From contig JAHXGL010000002.1 in the NCBI GenBank assembly GCA_019923655.1, positions 2,933 to 66,932 of the forward strand: 64,000 nucleotides of DNA, written 5' to 3'. The notes below the pieces were generated by a model, which saw only the letters and a list, made by a program, of their open reading frames with translations, did no database searches and was not told the origin of the DNA. This stretch comes from Candidatus Nealsonbacteria bacterium. Lineage in GTDB: Bacteria; Patescibacteriota; Minisyncoccia; Minisyncoccales; RBG-13-42-11. Positions 27,078 through 36,680 of this stretch are shown here, piece by piece. The translations under genes were made by a program, and so were the position numbers. Each line of letters starts with the position of its first letter. Position 1 is the first letter of the stretch.

Positions 27078-27623
27078 TTACGTTGTGACGCTTATTGCTT
27101 TCTTGCCGGCCTTTCTTCTAACTACCTCGCCCACATATCTAATCCCTTTGCCCTTGTATGGTTCGGGCGGCTTTACTTTTCTTATGTTGGCGCTGAACTG
27201 TCCGACTGTTTCTTTATCAATTCCTGAAACACTGATTATATTTTTCTCTATTACTATATTAATCCCTGACGGAATTCTTAATTTTACTGAATGGCTTAAT
27301 CCAACATCTAACGCAAGTTCTTCCCCTTCAATTGCTGCCTTAAAACCAATGCCCTGGATTTCTAACTTTTTCTCAAATCCAGAAAGGACTCCTTCAACCA
27401 TATTAGCCAATAAAGCTCGCGTCAAGCCCCAAAGGGCTTTGGTTTGCCTGGTTTCAATCTGTGGAAAAACAAAAATCTGATTGTCTTTAATTTCAATCTT
27501 AATTTCAGAAGGAGTTTCCCGAGAGAGCTCGCCTTTTGGCCCTTTTACAATCACTTTCCGTTCTTGTGTTTTTATTTCTACGCCTTCCGGTATTAAAATT
27601 GGTTTTTTACCTATACGCGACAT
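27078..27623 (-). CDS. rplF: 50S ribosomal protein L6
   Basis: two-domain L6 with MSRIGKKPI N-terminus. Confidence 0.9.
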   Translation of the reverse strand: MSRIGKKPILIPEGVEIKTQERKVIVKGPKGELSRETPSEIKIEIKDNQIFVFPQIETRQTKALWGLTRALLANMVEGVLSGFEKKLEIQGIGFKAAIEGEELALDVGLSHSVKLRIPSGINIVIEKNIISVSGIDKETVGQFSANIRKVKPPEPYKGKGIRYVGEVVRRKAGKKAISVTT

Positions 27624-27686
27624 AAAATTAATAAATTCTAAATTCTAATTTCGTGCTTCGGATTTCCTTTTGCGAAACAAAAGGCA

Positions 27687-28076
27687 TTACCATATTTCAC
27701 ATATCACTTCTCCGCCCAATTTGTTTTTTCTCGCTTCTTTGTCAGCCATTAATCCTTTTGAAGTTGAAATTATAGACATTCCGTAACCGCCCTTGATTTT
27801 TTTTATTTTTTGGGCAGAAAGGTAAATCCTTTGGCCCGGCTTGGAAATTCTTTTTATTCCTGAAATAACAGGTGTCTTATTATCATACTTTAAAGTAATT
27901 TCAATAAATCTTTTTGTTTTTTTACCTTTTTTCTCTATTTGTTCAATAAACCCTTGTTTTGCTAAAATTTTAGCAATCTTGTATTTTAAGTTAGAAAAAG
28001 GAATATCAACTGTTTGATGTAAAACAGCTTGAGCGTTTCTAATAGATGTTAACATATTTGAAATTGGATCAGTCAT
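27687..28076 (-). CDS. rpsH: 30S ribosomal protein S8
   Basis: MTDPISNMLTSIRNA N-terminus. Confidence 0.9.
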   Translation of the reverse strand: MTDPISNMLTSIRNAQAVLHQTVDIPFSNLKYKIAKILAKQGFIEQIEKKGKKTKRFIEITLKYDNKTPVISGIKRISKPGQRIYLSAQKIKKIKGGYGMSIISTSKGLMADKEARKNKLGGEVICEIW

Positions 28077-28085
28077 GAAAATTAT

Positions 28086-28271
28086 TCACCAGCTACTCTT
28101 TTTTATTCCCGGTATTAACCCTTGATTTGCCATTTCTCGAAAACATATCCTGCAAAGGCCAAACCTTCTCATATAGCCTCTTTTTCTGCCGCAACGAAAA
28201 CAGCGCCTAACAATTCGTGAACTAAATTTGGGTTTCTTTTTTGATTTTTCTATTTGCGCTTTTGTAGCCAT
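28086..28271 (-). CDS. rpsZ: 30S ribosomal protein S14 type Z (zinc-binding)
   Basis: [23 protein letters not shown]. Confidence 0.9.
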   Translation of the reverse strand: MATKAQIEKSKKKPKFSSRIVRRCFRCGRKRGYMRRFGLCRICFREMANQGLIPGIKKSSW

Positions 28272-28282
28272 ATTCGCTATTG

Positions 28283-28852
28283 CTAAGCCTTAGGAGTGTC
28301 CTTAATCGGAAATCCTAATAATCTCAACAATTCCTTTCCTTCTTCTCTGTTTTTGGTCGTAGTCACTACTGTTACCTCAAAACTGAAAATAAATTTTGCT
28401 TTTTCCGGCAGGATTTCTGGAAACGCAATATGCTCTTTAACGGCTGTTGTTAAATTCCCGGCCTTATCAATTGATTTTAACTCAATTCCTTGAAAATCCC
28501 TAGTCCTGGGCAATGCAATTTGAATTAACCTGTCTAAAAAATCAGACATCTTTTTCTTTCGCAAAACAACAATTGCCCCAACCGGCGTGCCTTGACGAAG
28601 CTTAAAACCAGCGATTGACTTTTTCGCCCTGGTTAAAATCGCTCTCTGACCGGCAATTAGCGTTAAATCATTTAAAACAGCTTCCTGAATTTTTTTTCGC
28701 TCATCAGCGGTTTTTTCTTTAATCATCCCGCCAAAACCAGTATTAAGGACTACTTTAGTAATCTTTGGCACAGCCATAACATTCTTATAGTCGAACTTTT
28801 CCCGCATAACTGGTAGGACTTCTTTTATATACTTTTCTTGTAATCTGGGCAT
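28283..28852 (-). CDS. rplE: 50S ribosomal protein L5
   Basis: L5 core and operon position. Confidence 0.9.
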   Translation of the reverse strand: MPRLQEKYIKEVLPVMREKFDYKNVMAVPKITKVVLNTGFGGMIKEKTADERKKIQEAVLNDLTLIAGQRAILTRAKKSIAGFKLRQGTPVGAIVVLRKKKMSDFLDRLIQIALPRTRDFQGIELKSIDKAGNLTTAVKEHIAFPEILPEKAKFIFSFEVTVVTTTKNREEGKELLRLLGFPIKDTPKA

Positions 28853-28884
28853 AATAATTCAAGGGGTCCGACCCCATATTAAAT

Positions 28885-29190
28885 CTATATCTCTTCTCTG
28901 CACTTTTTACAGATTCGGTATTTTTTCTTTTCTTCAATTTTATATCCCACTTTAACCGGTTTTCCGCATTTACGACAAATTATTTTAACATTGGAAATTG
29001 AAATACTTCCTGGTTTTAATATAATTTGTCCTTTTTGACCTTGTTTTTTAGGTTTTTGATGCTTTTTCCTTAAATTAACACCCTCAACCAAAACCTGATT
29101 ATTTTTTCTAAGGACTTGAATAATCTTGCCTTGCTTGCCGCGATCCTTTCCTGAAATTATTAAAACTGTATCACCTTTACGAATTTTCAT
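28885..29190 (-). CDS. rplX: 50S ribosomal protein L24 (KOW domain plus C-terminal Cx2C...Cx2C ribbon)
   Basis: MKIRKGDTVLIISGKDRGKQGKI KOW motif. Confidence 0.9.
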   Translation of the reverse strand: MKIRKGDTVLIISGKDRGKQGKIIQVLRKNNQVLVEGVNLRKKHQKPKKQGQKGQIILKPGSISISNVKIICRKCGKPVKVGYKIEEKKKYRICKKCREEI

Positions 29191-29199
29191 TTTTGATAT

Positions 29200-29571
29200 T
29201 TAAACAATCTCTCTCGCTAAAGAAGCTATTTTTTCAAAACCTTTTTCTTTTAATTCCCTGGGCACAGGACCTAAAATCCTTCCGCCTTTTGGTTCTCGCG
29301 ATTTTTCTTCTAAAATTATAGCCGCGTTATCGTCAAACTTGATATAACTGCCGTCTCTTCTCCGAAAATTCTTTTTCTGACGAACCACTACCGCTCTTAC
29401 AATATCATGTTTTTTGACCATTCTCCTTGGTTCCGCCTCTTTAACCGCAGCCACAATTATATCGCCAATTTGGGCGTAACGATGACGAGTACCGCCCAAA
29501 ATATTAAAACACTGGATAATTTTCGCTCCTGTATTATCAATCACTTTTAATTTTGTTCGCGGTTGAATCAT
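29200..29571 (-). CDS. rplN: 50S ribosomal protein L14
   Basis: [18 protein letters not shown]-terminus. Confidence 0.9.
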   Translation of the reverse strand: MIQPRTKLKVIDNTGAKIIQCFNILGGTRHRYAQIGDIIVAAVKEAEPRRMVKKHDIVRAVVVRQKKNFRRRDGSYIKFDDNAAIILEEKSREPKGGRILGPVPRELKEKGFEKIASLAREIV

Positions 29572-29801
29572 ATTTTTTTAATTACTCTCCATCTTTTATC
29601 TTTACTCAATGGCCGGCATTCCTCAATAATAACTTTATCCCCAACTTTATATTCTCCCTTCTCGTCATGGGCTTTATACTTTTTGTGGATTTTATATCTT
29701 CTTTTGTATTTCGGATGCTCCTTAATTCGTTCAACTTTAACGACTTTTGTCTTCTGCATTTTATCCGAAACAATGATTCCGATTAATTGTTTTTTGGGCA
29801 T
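29568..29801 (-). CDS. rpsQ: 30S ribosomal protein S17
   Basis: OB-fold S17 sequence [11 protein letters not shown]...[13 protein letters not shown]. Confidence 0.9.
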   Translation of the reverse strand: MPKKQLIGIIVSDKMQKTKVVKVERIKEHPKYKRRYKIHKKYKAHDEKGEYKVGDKVIIEECRPLSKDKRWRVIKKI

Positions 29802-29804
29802 ATT

Positions 29805-29996
29805 TTATTTAACCAGGTATGTTAATATTCTGGCTGCGTCTTTTTTAATTTTTCTGATTTCTCTAATATTTTTCACTTTACCGCCGGCTAAATCAAAACG
29901 AAGCTGTCTTAATTTCTCCCGATTGTCGGATAAAATTTTTTCTAATTCTTTTCTTGATTTTTGCTGTAGTTCTTTAATTTTCATCTTGCTCTTCAA
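29805..29996 (-). CDS. rpmC: 50S ribosomal protein L29
   Basis: 63-aa helical protein in the canonical position. Confidence 0.8.
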   Translation of the reverse strand: MKSKMKIKELQQKSRKELEKILSDNREKLRQLRFDLAGGKVKNIREIRKIKKDAARILTYLVK

Positions 29997-30003
29997 AATT
30001 CGT

Positions 30004-30036
30004 AGTCTTCCAAATCCATTCGGATTTGGAAACGTA
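30004..30036. repeat. hairpin-repeat copy in the rplP-rpmC intergenic spacer
   Basis: gtcttccaaatccattcggatttggaaacg. Confidence 0.8.
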
Positions 30037-30049
30037 GAGTTTTGAAAGT

Positions 30050-30463
30050 TTACGAACGTTTTACAAATTTAGTTTTAATCGGCAGTTTGTCTGCCGCTTG
30101 CCTTAACGCTTGTTTGGCTATTTCTTCTTTTACGCCACCTAACTCAAAAAGGATTCTGCCCGGTTTTAGGGCAAAAACATAATGGTCAACACTTCCTTTT
30201 CCTCCGCCCATCCCAACTTCAGCTCCTTTCTTAGTTACCGGCTTACTTGGAAAAATCCTAATCCAAAGCTTTCCTCCTTTTCTTAAATATCTGATAATCG
30301 CTCTTCTGGAAGCTTCAATTTGTCTGGCAGTAATCCATTTTGCCTCTAATGATTTCAGACCAAAAGAACCAAAACTAATCTCGGTTCCCCGAGTTTCATT
30401 CCCTTTGCTCCGACCTTTCATACATTTTCGATGTTTTGTTTTTCTCGGTATCAACGCAGCCAT
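30050..30463 (-). CDS. rplP: 50S ribosomal protein L16
   Basis: L16 core and position. Confidence 0.9.
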   Translation of the reverse strand: MAALIPRKTKHRKCMKGRSKGNETRGTEISFGSFGLKSLEAKWITARQIEASRRAIIRYLRKGGKLWIRIFPSKPVTKKGAEVGMGGGKGSVDHYVFALKPGRILFELGGVKEEIAKQALRQAADKLPIKTKFVKRS

Positions 30464-30465
30464 AA

Positions 30466-31098
30466 TTAGAATTTCTCACCCTTATATATCCAGACCTTTA
30501 TTCCAATTGTTCCATAACTGCAATAAGCTTGCGCCTTGGCATAATCAATATCAGCCCGAATGGTTTGACAGGGCAATTTTCCCTTTTTTAACCATTCTGA
30601 TCTAGCAATGGTTGTCCCGTCCAATCTGCCTGCCACTTCCACCCTGGCTCCTTTGCTTATTCTTGAAATCATAATTTTTTCCAGAGCCTGCTTTAAAACT
30701 CTTCGGTACTGAATTCTTTTTTCAATCTGTTGAGCCATCCATTGAGCAGACAAGCTAGCCGAAGACCAAGGATCCCTTACTTCCTTAATTTCAAGTTTTA
30801 ACGGCATAGTCAAACATAAATTTCTTTCTGCGTCTCTTTTTAGCTCCTCAACCCCTTCTCCTTTACGGCCGATAATAAGCCCTGGTCTGGAAGTAAAAAT
30901 TATTACTGTTGTTTTTCCGAAAAGCCTCTCAATTTCAATTTTCTCCACTCCGAGTTTTCCAATTTTATTATTAAGAAATTCTCTAATTCTAAAATCTTCC
31001 TCTAAATATTGGGAAAATTTCTTTTTATCCAACCAACGGGAAGTCCAATCAGTCAATTTTTGTAATCTATATATTTTAGGATGAACCTTATGAGTCAT
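30466..31098 (-). CDS. rpsC: 30S ribosomal protein S3
   Basis: KH domain plus S3 C-domain. Confidence 0.9.
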   Translation of the reverse strand: MTHKVHPKIYRLQKLTDWTSRWLDKKKFSQYLEEDFRIREFLNNKIGKLGVEKIEIERLFGKTTVIIFTSRPGLIIGRKGEGVEELKRDAERNLCLTMPLKLEIKEVRDPWSSASLSAQWMAQQIEKRIQYRRVLKQALEKIMISRISKGARVEVAGRLDGTTIARSEWLKKGKLPCQTIRADIDYAKAQAYCSYGTIGIKVWIYKGEKF

Positions 31099-31103
31099 AT
31101 TCC

Positions 31104-31667
31104 TTAAAATGCTTTTCTTCTAAAAACTTTTTTGGTTCCTCTTTTGGTTTTTTTAATCCTCGGATCAAAGAATATTCTCTTTGCTCTTAATCCAGGCTTC
31201 TTTTCCTCAGTCTTCAAAATCCCTTCGGGGGATTTTGAAACTTTAAATGAGCTTTGTTTTTTCTCTGCTTCTTTTGCTTTTTTAATTTTTATTGCTTTCC
31301 TTGTTTTTCTTGGTTTTTCTCCTTGTATCGTATCAAGAACCAAACTTATATGGGAGGTCTTTTTCTGAATTTCAGCAGCCCTGCCTCTTGCTCGAGCCCG
31401 CCATCTTTTATGTTTTGGCCCTTCGTCAGTTAAAATTTTAGAAATATAAAGACCTGCTTCTTCTATCTGAAAATTATTTTTAGCGTTAGCTAAAGCGGAT
31501 TTCAAAAGCTTAATAAAAGGTTCAGCCGCTCTCTTAGAAATAAAAGTTAAAATAGTTTGAGCTTGACGGGCTGTTTTCCCTTTAATTAAATCTGCAACCA
31601 TTCTTACTTTTCTGGGAGCAATTCTCAAATATCGTAGTTTTGCTGTAATAGGCATAATAGGATTCAA
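31104..31667 (-). CDS. rplV: 50S ribosomal protein L22 with ~75-aa C-terminal basic extension containing an in-frame hairpin-repeat variant
   Basis: L22 core (AKLRYLRIAPRKVRMVADLIKGK); tail includes the FKVSKSPEGILKTE segment encoded by the palindrome at 31210-31241. Confidence 0.9.
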   Translation of the reverse strand: MNPIMPITAKLRYLRIAPRKVRMVADLIKGKTARQAQTILTFISKRAAEPFIKLLKSALANAKNNFQIEEAGLYISKILTDEGPKHKRWRARARGRAAEIQKKTSHISLVLDTIQGEKPRKTRKAIKIKKAKEAEKKQSSFKVSKSPEGILKTEEKKPGLRAKRIFFDPRIKKTKRGTKKVFRRKAF

Positions 31668-31681
31668 AATTATTTAATAGA

Positions 31682-31969
31682 TTACTTTGCTTTCTTGTCT
31701 ACTTCTTTCTGCATTTTTCCGCCATGCTTGCCAAATTTAGTTGTTGGCGAAAATTCACCAAGTTTATGGCCAACCATATCTTCGGTCACCCTTACTGATA
31801 TAAATTCTTTACCATTATGAACACCGAAGACAAAGCCAACCATTTCCGGGGAAATCGTACAGGACCGACACCATGTCTTAATAATATCCCTGGTATCAGG
31901 ATTCAATCCTTTAATCTTTCGTAATAGCTTCTCTGAAATATATGGACCTTTTTTAAGGCTTCTTGACAT
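31682..31969 (-). CDS. rpsS: 30S ribosomal protein S19
   Basis: [11 protein letters not shown]-terminus. Confidence 0.9.
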   Translation of the reverse strand: MSRSLKKGPYISEKLLRKIKGLNPDTRDIIKTWCRSCTISPEMVGFVFGVHNGKEFISVRVTEDMVGHKLGEFSPTTKFGKHGGKMQKEVDKKAK

Positions 31970-32010
31970 AATGATTTAAAAGTTTGCTCAAACACAATGT
32001 CCAAGCGCTA

Positions 32011-32838
32011 TTATTTTTTTCTTCTTCGCTGAATTATATATTTATCCGTATTTAGTCGCCTTCTAGTCTTCACCCCTAAAGCTGGTTTGCCACAGGGAGT
32101 TTTAGGATGCTTCATTCCCCTGCCAGTTCTTCCTTCTCCTCCGCCATGAGGATGGTCGCAAGGATTCATTGCTGTGCCCCTTACTGTCGGCCTTATTCCT
32201 TTCCTTCTTTTTACTCCTGCTTTTCCTAAATTAATAAACCTATGCTCTGGAAAAGAGACCTGTCCTATTGAGGCAAAGTTTTCTCCTAAAATTCTTCTCT
32301 TCTCTTTAGACGGCATTACTATATTAACATATTTGGTTTCTTTGTCTAAAATAATTGCATTAGTACCAGCGCCTCTGACCATTTTTCCTCCCCTGCCCGG
32401 TTCAAGCTCAATATTATAAATCATAGTTCCTTCGGGAATATTCATTATTTTCATTCTATTGCCCGGTTTAATTTCCGCTTTCTCGGCGCAGATTATCTTA
32501 TCTCCATTTTCCAAGCCAGAAGGGGCAATTTGATATCTTTTTTCTCCATCTTCATACTCCAAAAGCATAATAAAAGCGGTTCTATAAGGGTCATATTCAA
32601 GAGCGATTACTTTACTCGCTATATCTATTTTGGTCTGGCCAAAATCAATAATCCGATAACGTTTCTTAACGCCTCCGCCCTTGTGCCGAACAGTAATCCT
32701 GTTGCCTGACCCATGACCAGCTTTTCTTTTCAAAGTCAAAAGCAATCTTTTCTCTGGTTTTTTTTTGGTTAATAACCTGGCTTTTTTTGCCGCCTCTTTT
32801 TTTGTCGCCTGTTTTTTTAACATATTACAATACTTCAA
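32011..32838 (-). CDS. rplB: 50S ribosomal protein L2
   Basis: GTAMNPCDHPHGGGEGR signature. Confidence 0.95.
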   Translation of the reverse strand: MKYCNMLKKQATKKEAAKKARLLTKKKPEKRLLLTLKRKAGHGSGNRITVRHKGGGVKKRYRIIDFGQTKIDIASKVIALEYDPYRTAFIMLLEYEDGEKRYQIAPSGLENGDKIICAEKAEIKPGNRMKIMNIPEGTMIYNIELEPGRGGKMVRGAGTNAIILDKETKYVNIVMPSKEKRRILGENFASIGQVSFPEHRFINLGKAGVKRRKGIRPTVRGTAMNPCDHPHGGGEGRTGRGMKHPKTPCGKPALGVKTRRRLNTDKYIIQRRRKK

Positions 32839-33253
32839 TCTTTTGGTCCTTTTTTATTCTAATGATTGCCTTTTTATATCCTTTTCTGAAACCCTTTATC
32901 CTTCCCATTCTTCTCTTCTTTTTAGGAACATTAATAATTTTAACTCCCAAAACATTAACCTTAAAAACATCTTCTATTGCTTTCTTGACTTCTGCCTTAT
33001 TTGCTCGCGGGAAAATCTTAAAAACATACTGATTTTTTTTATTTAAATCAGACGCCTTTTCAGTAACATGAGGTGTTTTCAAAGCCCGATAAGCTAAACC
33101 GGAAATTTTTACTTTGGTTGGCTCTGGTTTCAGCTTTGCCTTATTTTGATTTGTCAACTTCTTAATCTCCGGCTTATCTTTTGTCGGTTTATCTTTTGTC
33201 AGCTTATCTTTTGTTGGTCTTTTCTTTTTTTTAAAAATGTCAAATATAGCCAT
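32825..33253 (-). CDS. rplW: 50S ribosomal protein L23 (with Lys/Pro-rich N-terminal extension)
   Basis: L23 core preceded by a KDKPTKDK repeat tail. Confidence 0.85.
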   Translation of the reverse strand: MAIFDIFKKKKRPTKDKLTKDKPTKDKPEIKKLTNQNKAKLKPEPTKVKISGLAYRALKTPHVTEKASDLNKKNQYVFKIFPRANKAEVKKAIEDVFKVNVLGVKIINVPKKKRRMGRIKGFRKGYKKAIIRIKKDQKIEVL

Positions 33254-33293
33254 AAAATTTTATCAGACCCTCAGGGGTCTGACCCCAGGAATC

Positions 33294-33342
33294 CTACTCT
33301 CTACTCCCTACTCCCTACTCCCTACTCCCTACTCTCTACTCT
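33294..33342. repeat. seven tandem heptamers CTACTCY (GGAGTAG/AGAGTAG on the mRNA strand) immediately 3' of the rplD stop and 5' of rplW
   Basis: direct sequence reading. Confidence 0.85.
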
Positions 33343-33972
33343 CTACTTATTAAATGTTTCCTCTATTACTTTTATTGATTCTTTTGGCATTATTAAATAC
33401 TTAAACGAAAGCAAATCTAAGCAATTTAAGTTTCTGGCTTCAATGGTTTGAATTTTAGGAAGATTGTTAACAGCCCTAATAATATCTTTCTCAACCCGGG
33501 GCAAAGCAATTAAACAAGGACCTTTAGTCGCCAATAATTTTAGTATAATTTCCGCCATCTTTTTTGTTTTGGCTTTTTCAAGAACAATCTTATCTAAAAT
33601 CAAAAGTAAATTATTTTTTGCTTTGGCTGATAAAACCATCATTAAGGCCTTTCTTTGCATTTTCTTGGGAATTTCTTTTTTGAAAACTCTTTGCTTGGTT
33701 GGCCCAAATGTTATTCCGCCGCCGCGCCAAATAGGAGAACGACGCGAACCATGCCTTGCCCTGCCCGTTCCTTTTTGCCTCCAGGGTTTTCTGCCACCGC
33801 CCCTTACTTCTCCCCTGTCTTTTGTATGAGCAATTACTTTTCTTTGATTTGACATCTGGCTGACCACTACCTGATGAACTAAATCAGAATTCATTTTCAC
33901 ATCAAAAATCTCTTTGGGTAATTCTATCTCTTCTATTTTGGTTTTTTCTTGATTATAAACAATTGTTTTCAT
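33343..33972 (-). CDS. rplD: 50S ribosomal protein L4
   Basis: L4 core (GTGRARHGSRRSPIWRGGG). Confidence 0.9.
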   Translation of the reverse strand: MKTIVYNQEKTKIEEIELPKEIFDVKMNSDLVHQVVVSQMSNQRKVIAHTKDRGEVRGGGRKPWRQKGTGRARHGSRRSPIWRGGGITFGPTKQRVFKKEIPKKMQRKALMMVLSAKAKNNLLLILDKIVLEKAKTKKMAEIILKLLATKGPCLIALPRVEKDIIRAVNNLPKIQTIEARNLNCLDLLSFKYLIMPKESIKVIEETFNK

Positions 33973-33973
33973 A

Positions 33974-34579
33974 TTATCCCCTAATTTCTAATAAAGTTCC
34001 TGGTTTCCCGGGCACCGCGCCTTTGACTGCTATTATATTGCGTTCTTTGTCAATCTTAACTATTTTTAGATTTTGGACTGTTACTCTATTACTGCCCATT
34101 CTGCCTGGCATTTTCTTGCCCTTAATCACTCTTTCCGGAAAAGAACTGCCCACTGAACCCAAGGTTCTGGCTTCATGTTTTACTCCATGGCTAGCTCCTC
34201 TACCTTTGAATCCCCATCTTTTCACTCCTCCCTGAAAACCCTTTCCCTTAGAAATACCGGAAACTTTAACAATATCCCCTTCTTGAAAAATTGAAACATT
34301 AATTATTGAATCTTTGTGTTCTTCTTTGTTTTCTTGTTTGTTTTCTTCAACTCTAAACTCTCGCAAAAAATAAAAGGGCTTTCCCTTCATCGGCTTCTTA
34401 ATTTTTCGGTCTTTTAATTTTTGGTATCCAATCTGAACTGCCTGATAACCATGTTTTTCTTTGGTTTTTTTTTCGGTAACATAACATGGTCCGGCCTCAA
34501 CCAAAGTTATTGGAATAACATTTCCTTTAGTATCAAAAATTTGGCTCATTTCTAATTTTTTTCCTAATATAAATTTCAT
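33974..34579 (-). CDS. rplC: 50S ribosomal protein L3
   Basis: L3 core and position; no rpsJ upstream. Confidence 0.9.
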   Translation of the reverse strand: MKFILGKKLEMSQIFDTKGNVIPITLVEAGPCYVTEKKTKEKHGYQAVQIGYQKLKDRKIKKPMKGKPFYFLREFRVEENKQENKEEHKDSIINVSIFQEGDIVKVSGISKGKGFQGGVKRWGFKGRGASHGVKHEARTLGSVGSSFPERVIKGKKMPGRMGSNRVTVQNLKIVKIDKERNIIAVKGAVPGKPGTLLEIRG

Positions 34580-34695
34580 AAGATGTATTATAATTCATAA
34601 ATACAAAAAAAACAAGCCCTTTCATATCGGCTGTCTATCACAATGAACGGGGTCAGATCCCTTTAAGCACAAAAAATTGCGGGGTCAGACCCCTT

Positions 34696-35376
34696 TTAAC
34701 TTTTCGTGGTTTTCTTATTTTGCTCATTTGCTTGTTTTTCCTGCCCTTGTATTTTGGTTTTCATTTTTTCTTGTTTTTCGTCTCCAAGCTCCTTTACTTC
34801 GTTTCCAAACCCCTTCGTGGTTTGGAAGACTTCCAAAGGAATTGCTGAAGCAACACTCTCTTCTGGATCTTTAAGAATTTTAACATCGTTAGGAATAACT
34901 AAATCTTTAATCAAAATACTATCTTCAAAAGTTTTTATTTTTTCTATATCTACTTTAATTTCATAAGGAAGATTTTGAGGCAGAGCTTTGACTTCTACTT
35001 CATAGATATTCTTAACCAAGGTTCCGCCTAAATTTTTACAAACTAACGCCTCACCCTCAAAAACCAAAGGAACAACAGCAGTAATCTCTTTATCAAGTTT
35101 TGGCTGGTAAAAATCAATATGAATTATTGCTCCGGTAATAGGGTCTTTTTTTGTTTCATAAATTAGAACCAAAAACTTTTGGTCCTGTACTTCAAGAGAA
35201 ATTAAAGAAGACTCTCCGGCTTGTTTATAAACATTTTCAAATTCTTTTAAGTTTACTTCCAAAGCTTGATTTTTGATTTTTGGTCCATACAAAACCGCTG
35301 GCAAAATTTCTTTTTCCCTTAAAATCTGTGTTTTCTTGCCCATATCTTTTCGTGTTTTAGCTGATAAACTAATCAT
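34696..35376 (-). CDS. rplY: 50S ribosomal protein L25 / general stress protein Ctc, with in-frame hairpin-repeat insertion in the C-terminal tail
   Basis: N-terminal L25 motif ILPAVLYG; C-terminal EVFQTTKGFGNEV encoded by the palindrome at 34801-34830. Confidence 0.8.
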   Translation of the reverse strand: MISLSAKTRKDMGKKTQILREKEILPAVLYGPKIKNQALEVNLKEFENVYKQAGESSLISLEVQDQKFLVLIYETKKDPITGAIIHIDFYQPKLDKEITAVVPLVFEGEALVCKNLGGTLVKNIYEVEVKALPQNLPYEIKVDIEKIKTFEDSILIKDLVIPNDVKILKDPEESVASAIPLEVFQTTKGFGNEVKELGDEKQEKMKTKIQGQEKQANEQNKKTTKS

Positions 35377-35397
35377 AAAACTTATCTGTACCCCAGT

Positions 35398-36501
35398 CTA
35401 TTTCTTGAGAATAAATCTTTTTTCTAATGCTTTTAAGGTTTCAACTATTCCGCCATATTCAAGCTCTGAATAAGGCAACATTGCCGGTCCTAAGAATCCC
35501 TGCTCTCTTATTGCAACTGCTTTTTCTGATGCTTTTGTTCTTATATAATCCCAAAATGGCTGGTCAAAAGCGTCTACTGCTTCGGTTAATTTGCCATTTT
35601 TAACGCAAAAACCTGAACAGCTAACTACTGGCGGACCATCAAAAAAAGAAATAGAAGCATTCTCTTTAACAGGCATTAAAGGCCCGTTATGAGAACCCCT
35701 CATAAACCCGGCAACATAAGGAGTTAAAGCGTAAGGAGAAAGAATTTCTCCGGCAGCCGGAAAATTCTTTTGAAGCCGAACCAACATTACCGGATCATCC
35801 TTGCCAACATATTTCCCGGCAATATTATGAAGCCGCGTAGTGCTTACAACTGCTACTTGCTCGCCTGATGCCCGGGACCAAATTGACTCTACCACAAATC
35901 GTTCAGGGTCTCTTAATAATGCGGCAATATCATATGTTTCTTCAGGCGCGTTCAGTTCAATTATCTTATCCGCATCAGTATAAGAAACATCCATAATAAT
36001 AAATTTATAACCTTTTTTCACTTCAGGGACAAGTATTAAGCCGGAATTATGCATTGGGTCGGTAAAAGACAGATATAAAGGCAGATTATAAGCGCCTGGG
36101 TCTGTCTTGTCAGCAGCAAAAAAGAAAAATGGTTCAGCCGGCCTCTCCTCAATTTCCATTTCAGCAACAGCTGGTCCCATTCCCTTAACATTGCCGGAAA
36201 AAGTATCTTTTAATAAGTCCTGACCAGCCCCATAAAGCCCTTGGTCTTTTGCTGTTTGCGTCCCTTTAAGAAGGGCTTCCCAGCATAATTTATGAATTGG
36301 CTCTGCTAAAACACCTTTTTTATGGGTGGACAAGATTGCAACATCATCACCTGTATGGCTGATATAATAATCAATAATCAAGCCCTTTCCTTTGACAGAC
36401 ACATAATTTTTAACTGCCTCAATTAATTTTTTGCTTGGCTTTATATGTCCGGCAATTGAGCCAATATCCGCTTTAATAATACTTAAAGTAATTTTTGCCA
36501 T
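35398..36501 (-). CDS. fbp: bifunctional fructose-1,6-bisphosphate aldolase/phosphatase (class V, archaeal type)
   Basis: N-terminal signature ITLSIIKADIGSIAGH and ~367-aa length typical of the FBP aldolase/phosphatase family. Confidence 0.7.
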   Translation of the reverse strand: MAKITLSIIKADIGSIAGHIKPSKKLIEAVKNYVSVKGKGLIIDYYISHTGDDVAILSTHKKGVLAEPIHKLCWEALLKGTQTAKDQGLYGAGQDLLKDTFSGNVKGMGPAVAEMEIEERPAEPFFFFAADKTDPGAYNLPLYLSFTDPMHNSGLILVPEVKKGYKFIIMDVSYTDADKIIELNAPEETYDIAALLRDPERFVVESIWSRASGEQVAVVSTTRLHNIAGKYVGKDDPVMLVRLQKNFPAAGEILSPYALTPYVAGFMRGSHNGPLMPVKENASISFFDGPPVVSCSGFCVKNGKLTEAVDAFDQPFWDYIRTKASEKAVAIREQGFLGPAMLPYSELEYGGIVETLKALEKRFILKK

Positions 36502-36520
36502 AATATTTATTGTTCATTAT

Positions 36521-36625
36521 AATTTGTAAGAAATCCTAGCGTTATTTACACTTTGCTCGGCAACGAAATCTTCAAACTACCGGCTGTTCTTTGTCCCAGC
36601 GGACAAAGCCAGCCTGCGTTCTCGG
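36521..36625. repeat. degenerate partial copy of the 233-bp MITE (core ACCGGCTGTT-hairpin-AGCCTGCGTTCTCGG) in the ppsA-fbp spacer
   Basis: alignable to MITE positions ~60-140; the hairpin stem differs (ctttgtcc/ggacaaag versus aaaatc/gatttt) but pairing is retained. Confidence 0.6.
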
Positions 36626-36640
36626 ATTTTTATTTTCTTT

Positions 36641-36680
36641 TTCCCTTTTTTTTAAAGAAAAAAGGAAAAAGAAAAACCAT
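36641..36680. terminator. AT-rich inverted-repeat hairpin (ctttttccttttttt/aaaaaaggaaaaag) downstream of the ppsA stop
   Basis: near-perfect palindrome followed by T-runs on the transcribed strand. Confidence 0.45.
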
